Assembly (NCBI RefSeq): GCF_963921235.1
Contig: NC_086097.1
Coordinates: 192,078,001-192,142,000 of the forward strand
DNA from: Mobula hypostoma
Lineage: Eukaryota
Direction: 5' to 3'
DNA: 64,000 nt
Of the stretch, positions 54,815 through 64,000 are shown one piece after another. Below the pieces are notes generated by a model. The model had not been told where the DNA came from and made no database searches. It saw nothing but the letters and a program-made list of their open reading frames with translations. A program made the position numbers and the translations under genes. Position 1 is the stretch's first letter. Every line of letters begins with the position of its first letter.

Positions 54815-56145
54815 CAACACACATCAAAGTTGCTGGTGAACGCAGCATCTCTAGGAAGAGGTACAGTCGACATTTCGGGCCGAGACCCTTCTTCAGGACT
54901 AACTGAAAGAAGAGCTAGTAAGAGATTTGAAAGTGGGAGGGGGAGGGGCAGATCCAAAATGATAGGAGAAGACAGGAGGGGGAGGGATGGAGCCAAGAGC
55001 TGGACAGTTGATTGGCAAAAGGGTTATGAGAGGTTAATGGGACAGGAGGCCCAGGGAGAAAGAAAAGCAGGGGGGGGGAAACCCAGAGGATGGGCAAGGG
55101 GTATAGTGAGAGGGACAGAGGGAGAAAAAGGAGAGAGAGAAAAAGAATGTCTGTATATAAATAAATAACAGATGGGGTACAAGGGGGAGGTGGGGCATTA
55201 GCAGAAGTTTGAGAAGTCAATGTTCATGCCATCAGGTTGGAGGCTACCCAGATGGAATATAAGGTGTTGTTCCTCCAACCTGAGTGTGGCTTCATCTTTA
55301 CAGTAAAGGAGGCCGTGGATAGACATGTCAGAATGGGAATGGGATGTGGAATTAAAATGTGTGGCCACTGGGAGATTCTGCTTTCTCTGGCGGACAGAGC
55401 ATAGGTGTTCAGTGAAACAATCTCCCAGTCTGCGTCGGGTCTCATCAATATATAGAAGGCCACATCGGGAGCACCGGACGCAGTATATCACCCCAGCTGA
55501 TTTGCAGGTGAAGTGTCGCCTCACCTGGAAGGACTGTCTGGGGCTCTGAATGGTGGTAAGGGAGGAAGTGTAAGGGCATGTGTAGCACCTGTTCCGCAAA
55601 ACAAATGTGTTTTGCTGAACACCTACGCTCTGTCTGCCAGAGAAAGTAGGATCTCCCAGTGGCCGCACATTTTAATTCCACGTCCCATTCCCATTCTGAT
55701 ATGTCTATCTATGGCCTCCTCTACTGTAAAGATGAAGCCACACTCAGGTTGGAGGAACAACACCTTATATTCCATCTGGGTAGCCTCCAACCTGATGGCA
55801 TGAACATTGACTTCTCAAACTTCTGCTAATGCCCCACCTCTCCCTCGTACCCCATCCGTTATTTATTTATATACACACATTCTTTTTCTCTCTCTCCTTT
55901 TTCTCCCTCTGTCACTCTCACTATACCCCTTGCCCATCCTCTGGGTTTTTCCTCCCCTCCCCCTTTTCTTTCTCCCTGGGCCTTCTGTCCCATGATCCTC
56001 TCATATCCCTTTTGCCAATCAACTGTCCAGCTCTTGGCTCCATCTCTCCCCCTCCTGTCTTCTCCTATCATTTTGGATCTCCCCCTCCCCCTCCCACTTT
56101 CAAATCGCTTACTAGTTCTTCTTTCAGTTAGTCCTGAAGAAGGGT
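54815..56145. mobile_element. Penelope-like inverted pair
   Basis: Minus arm 54815-~55597 with GIY-YIG; plus arm ~55612-56145 ends inside the hammerhead. No TSD seen. Confidence 0.88.
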
Positions 56146-56498
56146 GTACTGGCATGTGGCTAGGATCATTACGAGGCTGAGGGGCCAGTGAATAGGTGAC
56201 AAATGAAGAGGAATGTAATTGGCAAGAGCAGCTGTACTCTAGTCATTATATCAACCATGATATCCCATATCTTCTCAAAACATACAAAATAAATGGTCAG
56301 TATTGAAGCTTTAATTACATTGTGTTCTTTCTTGTAGTACGAGATGACCCACACCTTATGAAACAGAAGAGGCTGAGCTGAACTAAAAGTTGTCTTTTTT
56401 CCTTCTGGTGGACACAGATGCACATTATCATAGCAAATGGCAATTAGGGAAGAAATGTCATCCAAGGCCTCTTCATTATATACTGTATCTTCTTTTTT

Positions 56499-58863
56499 GA
56501 GAAAGGATCTAGTGCTTTCCTGGCATTTTTGACAAGTAAAATCTAACCCTAACCTTAACCCTACTTTTCACAAGTAAAATCGATCATGACCGGCATTTCG
56601 ATGACAAACTCTGCCATCTTCATCAACAAATATGCTTGGTGGTAACCATGAGACCATAAGACAAAGGAGCAGAAGTTGGCCATTCGGCCCATCGAGTCTG
56701 CTCCGCCATTTTATCATGAGCTGATCCATTCTCCCATTTAGTCCCACTCCCCTGCCTTCTCACCATAACCTTTGATGCCCTGGCTACTCCGATACCTATC
56801 AATCTCTGCCTTAAATACACCCAATGACTTGGCCTCCACTGCTGCCCGTGGCAACAAATTCCATAGATTCACCACCCTCTGGCTAAAAAAATTTCTTCGC
56901 ATCTCTGTTCTGAATGGGCGCCCTTCAAGTCATGCCCTCTCGTACTAGACTCCCCCATCATGGGAAACAACTTTGCCACATCCACTTTGTCCATGCCATT
57001 CAACATTCGAAATGTTGCTATGAGGTCCCCCCTCGTTCTTCTAAACTCCAAGGAATACAGTCCAAGAGTGGACAAACGTTCCTCATATGTGAACCCTCTC
57101 ATTCCCGGAATCATTCTAGTGAATCTTCTCTGTACTCTCTCCAACGTCAGCACATCCTTTCTTAAATAAGGAGACCAAAACTGCCCACAGTACTCCAAGT
57201 GAGGTCTTACCAGTGCCTTATGGAGCCTCAACCTCACATCCCTGTTCCTATACTGTATTCCTCTAGAAATGAATGCCAATATTACATTCGTCTTCTTCAC
57301 CACCAACTCAACCTGGATGTTAACCTTAAGGGTATTTTGCACGAGGACTCCCAAGTCCCAATGCATCTCAGAAATTTGAATTCTCTTCGCATTTAAAAAA
57401 ATAGTCTGCCCATTTATTTCTTCTGCCAAAGACCCTGTAGTCCTGTAGTCCATCCTTCCTGATTGGTTAGTCCACATCCAAATAGGTTTCCGTTGTCCCA
57501 CCTTGTGTACAATGGAATTCCAGTTCTTATTTAGAGTGAGACCTTCATTTTTGCTAGAATTCTTTTCCTCTAGTTTTATTTTAATGACTTCCTTCACCAG
57601 ATGTTTCAAATGTAATTGGTGTGGCACAGTAGTTTTGTGCAGTTGAGGTCAATCCTATGGCCACTGTGAATGCAATGATCTGCCACCGCCGATTTCTCCA
57701 GGTAATACAAACAAAATTACCTCCTGAGTTCCTTGGTGCGAGTTTCCACTGTCTGGCCGATATATGTTGCTCTGCATTTAGAGGGAATCCTGTAAGGGCC
57801 AGCCGACCTGAGTCCCAGGTCACTTTTAACTCACATCAGCTGTGATTTGAGAGTCCATATAGTTGGTGGATGGTATTAATCTGGTACTTCTTCAGGATCT
57901 GGTGATCTTTCCAGAAACCTTGGAAATATAGGGAAGACAGGCAAAAGCAACGGGTTCCTCTTTGTTGTTAGGGTTCCTGGTTTTTCTGTTGCCCCTTTTA
58001 AGAGCCCGATAGATTTCCTTCACCTTGTAGCCATTCTGTCGGAATGTTGTAAGCAATCATCTTATTTCCTCGGGAAGCCTCTCTGGGGCCAAAATAGTTT
58101 TTGTAGAAACAACCATTCTACATAGGGAGGCATGTGGTGGCTGTTATTGTTGAGATACAAGTCCACGTGAGTGGGTTTCCGATAGATGCCATGTCCAAGT
58201 CTACTGTCCAGCTTCCATTGTATTAGAAAGTCCAGGAACTGCAGACTACCATTTCTCTCCATCTCCATTGTAAACTGAGGACTTATATTGAGATGATGGA
58301 AAAAACAGGAAACCTAATGAGGAGGAACCAGTCGCTACCGCCTCTCTTTCCTATATTTCCAGTGTCTGGATGGGTTGCCAGGATCCTGAAAAAATACCAG
58401 ATTAGTACCATCCACAAACTCATAAGGAAGCACAAATCACAGTTTATGTAGGTCAAAGATAACCTGGGATTTGGGTTACCCGGTGAAATCGGCGTTAGCA
58501 GAACACTGCATTCGCAATGGCCATAGGATTGACATCATTAGCAATAAACACTATGCCACGCCAATGGCTTTTGGGACTACCTGGTAAAGGAAGACATTGA
58601 AATAAAACTAGAGGAAAAGTATTTCAATGAAAACAAAGGTCTCGCTCTAAGTAAGAACTGGAATTCGATTGTAAACAAGATGGGAGAGTAGAAACCTGAT
58701 TGGATGAGTACTAACCAATCAGGAGGGATGGACTACAGGAGTGTAAATACCACCAGACAAGACATGCCCAAACATCATCCTTGATGTAGATGGCAGAGTT
58801 TGTCATTGAAACGTCAATTTAATCGATACCTGTTCTTGACTGGAAGCTCGAAAAGAGTTTATT
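56499..58863. mobile_element. Second-family Penelope-like inverted pair, with a nested CR1
   Basis: Minus arm has RT ERNGSLQFLDFLI...IYRKPTHVDLYLNNNSHH and the EN C-terminus; plus arm about 58290-58863. TSD tatcttctttttt at 56486-56498 and 58864-58876. Confidence 0.78.
56645..57431 (-). mobile_element. CR1-like LINE 3' fragment
   Basis: ALVRPHLEYCGQFWSPYLRKDVLTLERVQRRFTRMIPG, plus the CR1 tail. Confidence 0.88.
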
Positions 58864-59061
58864 TATCTTCTTTTTTATTTCTAACTTCCACCACTCCCAC
58901 ATACTTTGCAAATCAAACTTAATTTACTCAGCTCCTGCTCTCACCTCATTAAAAATTAATCATTGCCCTTCCTTTGTAATATAATTAGAAATGTGATAAG
59001 CTCTCTGTAATTCAAGAAAGGATAAACTTTCCTGAGGATAAACCATCACTCAGTCTATTGT

Positions 59062-61180
59062 AAACATGAGAAAGTCTGCAGATGTTGGAAATCTAAGCAC
59101 CATGAACAACATGTTGGAGGAACTCAGCATGCCAAGTAGCATCTATGGAAAAGAGAAAACAGTCATGTTTCAGGCTGAAATCCTTCATCAGGACTGGAAA
59201 AAAATGGAGAGGTCAGAACAAGAAGGTGGAAGGAGTGGAGGAAGAAGTACAAGGTAGCAGGTGATAGGTGAAACTGGGAGAGGGGGAAGGGTGAAGTAAA
59301 GAGCTGATTGGTGAAAGAGATAAAGGGCTAAAGAAGAGAGAATCTGATAGGAGAAGATAGAAAACCATGGAAGAAAGGGAAGGGGGTGGTGATGTGCAAG
59401 TAAGGAGATAAGATGACAGAAGGAAACAAGAATGGGGAATGGTGAAGGGGGGTGGGTGCAATTCTGGAAGTTCAAGAAACTGTTTGGAGGATATCCAAAT
59501 TGAGTACAAGGTGCTGCTCCTCCAACCTGAGTGCACCCTCATCGTGGCAGTAGAGGAGGCCATGGACTGACATGTTAAAATGGGAATGGGAAGTACAATT
59601 GAAATGGGTGGCCTCTGGGAAATCACGCTTTTTATGGTAGGAGGAGTGAAGGTTGTCCCAATCTATGTTGGGTCTCACTGATAAACAGGAGGCCGTACCG
59701 GGAGCACTGGATACAGTAGATGACCCCAATAGACTCACAGGTGAAGTGCTGCCTCACCTGGGAGGACTGTTTTGGGCCCTGAATGGTAGCGAGGGAGGAG
59801 GTGTAGGGGCAGATGTGACACTTGTTCTGCTTGCAAGGATAAGTGCCTGGAGGGAGATCGGGGGCGGGGGGTGGGGGAGGAGGGAGTGCGAGTGGACAAG
59901 GGAGTGCATAGAGAGTGATCCCTGCAGAAAGCAGAAAGTAGAGCTGAGGGAGGGAAAGATGTACCTGGTGGTGGGATCCTGGTGGAGATGGCGGAAGTTA
60001 TGGAGAACTATGTACTGTATGCGGAGGCTTGTGGGGTGCTAGGTGAGGTCAAGCGGAACCCTATCCCTGGTGTGGTGGTGGGAGGATGTGGTGAGGGTAG
60101 ATGTGTGCAAAATGAAAGAGATGGGGGTGAGGCCAGCATTGGTGATGGAGGAAGGAAAATCCTTTCTTTGAAGAAGAAGGACACTCTCCATATCCAAAGT
60201 ATAACTCTCCGTAACGTCTGCCACCTCCAAAGTATTCCACCACCAAGCACATTCTATCCTCCTCGCACACTTACTGTTTTCCACAGGGATCTCTTCCTAT
60301 GCGACTCCCTTGTCCACTCGTGCCCCTCCCCCTACTGATCTCCCTCCAGGCCACTCGACCCTCCCCACTAATCTCCCTCCTCACACTTACCCTCTCAAGC
60401 GGAGCAAGTGCCACACCTGTCACTACAACTCCTCCTTCAGTACTATTCAGGGCCCCAAACAGTCCCTCCAGGTGAGGTGACACTTCACCTGTGAGTCTGT
60501 TGGGTTCATCTGCTGTATCTGGTGTTCCCAGCATGGCCTCCTGTACATCGGTGAGACCTGCCCTAATTGGGAGACCACTTTGTCGAGCATCTTTGCTCTG
60601 TCTGCCACAAAAAGTGGGATTTCCCAGTGGCCGCCCACTTCAATTCTCCTTCTCATTCCCATTCCAACATGTCAGTCCATGGCCTCCTGCACTGTCACAA
60701 TGAGAGCATACTCAGGTTGGAGCAGCAACACCTTATATTTCATCTGGGTAGCCTCCAATCTGATGGCATGAACATCGATTTCTTGAACTTCTGTTATTTG
60801 CCCACTCACCCTCTACTTCACCATTCCATATTCTTGATTCCCTCTTACATCTCATCTTCCTACCTGCCCATCATCTCCCTCTGGTGCTCCTCCACCTTCC
60901 CTTTCTTCCATGGTCCTCTGTCCTCTCCTGTCAGAATCCCATCTTCAGCCCTCTATCTCATTCATCAATTGATTTCCCAGCTCTTTACTTCACCCCTTCA
61001 CATCTTCCAGCTTGACCTATTACCTGCCACCTTGTACTTCTTCCACCTCTCCTCCCACCTTCTTATTCTGATTTCTCCATTTCTTTTCTAGTCCTGATGA
61101 CTGGGTCTCAGCTTGAAACGTTGACTGTGTACTCTTTCCCACAGATGCTGCCTGGCCTGCAGAGTATTTTGTGTGTATTG
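59062..61180. mobile_element. Older Penelope-like inverted pair
   Basis: Minus arm to about 60195, then the plus arm (GDHFVEHLCSV...GSLQSDGMNIDF). TSD ctcagtc(t/c)attgt at 59049-59061 and 61181-61193. Confidence 0.85.
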
Positions 61181-62169
61181 CTCAGTCCATTGTGTTCTTT
61201 AGAGTTCGGTCATTGAATAAACAAGCTAAAGAAAAGAATACTGTAGCAATTGAAAAGGGTATAAAATGTTGTTTTATTGCTGGTTCACAATACCATTGGG
61301 AGGTAATGTAATTTGTCTGCTCCCTATTTGCACAGTGTTAAAATCTTTCATACACATCTAGTATCATATGGCTATTCCTACGCCAGATACTAGAGTCTTC
61401 AAACAATATTATCAGTTGGTTCTGCAGACTGCGGTGTTAAAACCGCTCTCCTCAGCTTGTCCTTATACTTTCATTACATTAACTTGCCCCGATTGAGCTT
61501 ATTTATTTGATCTTATTACAACGTCTAATTTGTGTCAGAGTTTTATGTTATTTCAAATAGTTTAACTATAACATTAAGTAGTTCAACCATACTCATATTA
61601 TCATTTTAAACAATTTTCTCTCGAATATTTATATGCTAAACTAACAGGTATGTACAGTAGAAGGCAGGCAGGAAGATATGACTTTGCAGGCCTTTTTCAA
61701 TGATTTTGCCTCTTCTGATGAGCAGGTAATGTAATTATAACTAAAGATCAATTAAAGTCAGAAGTTAATTTACTTCAGCCCGATGTTGGTAACAGTTTTA
61801 AGTTAGTCATATATCTGATCCCCACTCCACTTTCTCTTGCTTGTTAGCATTCTTCTTGACAGTCAATGGGAAATGGAAATAGGGGTTTTTATTATTTCAC
61901 ACTGTGGTGAAAATGTAGTATAAAAAATAAGGGATATTGTTCTTGTAACATGACATGGATGAGTTCTATTATGAAATGCTCACTTAAATTTCTTCCATTA
62001 TAATCACTGAGATAGAAACTGAGATATGTAAATTGTGAGAATAAGAATAAGGATAAAGCAGAAAGAATAAACACGAATGGGGAATGTACGCAGTGTAGAA
62101 AGCTATTGGCATGTTATAGATAGCTAAAGTTGACTAATTAATTTACTGAAGGTTGTGCTTTCCCAGCAG

Positions 62170-62330
62170 GTGATAAGCCTGAGAATGAATCACAGGAAGA
62201 GGAGCTGCAGATTACCAGTAAGAAGATTGTGGAAAAAGCTGTTCTGCAGGCTGTGCAGCAGTATACCCAAGAGAAAAAACAAAAGAAAAAGCCAGAAGCA
62301 AAAAAGAGTTCACAATCTGCAATCATCTAA
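62170..62330 (+). CDS. AKAIN1/AKAP7-family PKA RII-binding microprotein, terminal coding exon
   Basis: tttcccagcag acceptor. Encodes (G)DKPENESQEEELQITSKKIVEKAVLQAVQQYTQEKKQKKKPEAKKSSQSAII*. The helix matches AKAP7 [21 protein letters not shown] and AKAIN1 [20 protein letters not shown] (recalled sequences). Confidence 0.85.
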
Positions 62331-62609
62331 ATGTACTAAATGATAGGAAAGGAAGAACTCTAGGATTGAACTGCGACTGAAACCTGATAAAATGTGGAAC
62401 ACCTTTACTCAATACACACCTTGTGGTCAGCTCTGTATTTGTGTATCAAGATGTAGATATTAGCCTCGGCCATGCAGACAGAATGAAGGGACTACGCCTG
62501 TTGCAGACATTGAGAAAAGTTGTCCATTGAGATTTAAAGGGAAGCACATCACCTATTTCCCCTATTTCAAGACAGTTTTCAAAGTTCAAAGTAAATTTAT
62601 TACCAAACT

Positions 62610-62733
62610 GCACACACAGAATGCTGGAGGAACTCAGCAGCATCAATGGAAAAAAGCACAGGCGGACCTGCCAAATTCTTCCAGTATTTTGTGTGTGTTG
62701 CTTGGATTTCTAGCATCTGCAGATTTTCTCTTG
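62610..62733. mobile_element. 124-bp mini Penelope-end pair within a Rex1-like 3' fragment
   Basis: TSD tttattaccaaact at 62596-62609 and 62734-62747. Inverted arms cacacacagaatgctggagga / ttccagtattttgtgtgtg. Confidence 0.75.
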
Positions 62734-64000
62734 TTTATTACCAAACTACATATGTCACCATATACTGCAGCGCTCTGAGATTCATTTTCTTGTCAGCATT
62801 CTCAATAAATCCCAATAACAGCAATAGAATCAATGAAAGACCACTGACAGGGATGATAACCAATGTGCAAAAGACATCAAACTCTCCTTACACAAAAGAA
62901 AGAAGAAAAAGAAATAATAATAATAAATAAGCCGTAAGTATTGAGAATATGAGATGAAAAGTCCACAAAAGTGAGTCTAGAGTTTGTGGAAACAGGTCAG
63001 TGATGGGGCAAGTGAAGTTGAATGCAGCAGAATTAGGGGACCTGAGATCTCGTTTCTCTCTCCACAGACACTGCTGAATATTTGGGGATTTGTGCCAGTA
63101 AGTGAAGTAGGCTGAGTGGCAAAACAGATTGAAGAATTCTTACAAAAATCAAGCCAGGAAGTTAAATACAGGAATTATGAGCAACGTGTTAACATTTATA
63201 CGAAAAGCATATTAAGTTTGGGGCATATACATAGGATTGAGGAAAAAGATGAAATATGGTGATAAAACATAATGCTTTTATTACTTTAAACTCTTTCTCA
63301 GTTTTTTATGGGATAGAAAGAAACACATCCCACTCAGACATTCAACACGCCAGCGTTTTCAGTCTGACTTGGAGCAAGTCTACTTTGTCAAATCATTGAT
63401 TCAGTTGATAGCACAACCATTGAGGGCATTACTGATAGTAGCTTTGGGATGTATGGATGAAGATATGCATATTCAGATGCCAAAACTTGTTGTCTTTTCC
63501 ACTGTAATACCAGTGAATACAGATGGTATTGAGTGTTGCAAATTCTGGGCCAATAATTATGATTATACCCATATTGTATTGATAAATGATAGCTAATTTT
63601 TTAAAAATTGAATTGTACTGAATAATGTATACTGTTGTTCTTGATATGATTGATTAGTTTTATGATATAATAAAGGATAAACTATAAAACTTTTTTTCTT
63701 ATTCAGGATTCAAGGTTGTTTATTGTCATTTCCAGTACACAAGTGTAAGAGAAAGAAATATTTGTTAGTCAGATCCAATACAGTACAAAAATAAAACCAT
63801 TAAGATAAAAAAATACAACAATAAAAAATGAAATAAATATAAATAGATAAGATAGCTTATATACTTAGATTGATTGTATGTCTATAAAGTATATGTTGTG
63901 ATCATATAAGCTTTACATATAAACCTGAAGAAAGAGAAATTGTTTGAGTTGCCTTTTGAAATGAAATTGCTAAACAAAAGAGTGTATTTTTTCAATTGCT

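Noticed and set aside
62155..62343. Track ORF MLSQQVISLRMNHRKR...
   Set aside because: Alternative frame overlapping the AKAP-like exon; non-ATG start and no homology.

Overview
Repeat-rich vertebrate genomic DNA. The repeat content (CR1/Rex1 LINEs, V-SINE, Penelope-like elements) suggests a cartilaginous fish, probably a ray; this is an inference. Two host genes are supported. (1) A complete 4-exon heart-type fatty-acid-binding protein gene (fabp3-like, minus strand, 4442-6752, 134 aa). (2) A 58-aa AKAIN1/AKAP7-family PKA-RII-binding microprotein (plus strand), built from a 16-nt coding exon at 35373-35388 and a terminal exon at 62170-62330. The ORF track misses this second gene. Most of the rest is transposable elements: a near-full-length Nimb/I-clade LINE with RNase H, a full-length Ty3/Gypsy element with a tRNA-Trp PBS, an older nested Gypsy, a fold-back Tc1 element, Rex1 and CR1 LINEs and tRNA-derived SINEs. 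The most striking pattern is about ten Penelope-like (GIY-YIG) insertions arranged as tails-out inverted pairs. Most are bounded by a single 11-14 bp target-site duplication (TSD), most arms carry a minimal hammerhead ribozyme, and the two arms end with a consistent long/short asymmetry.
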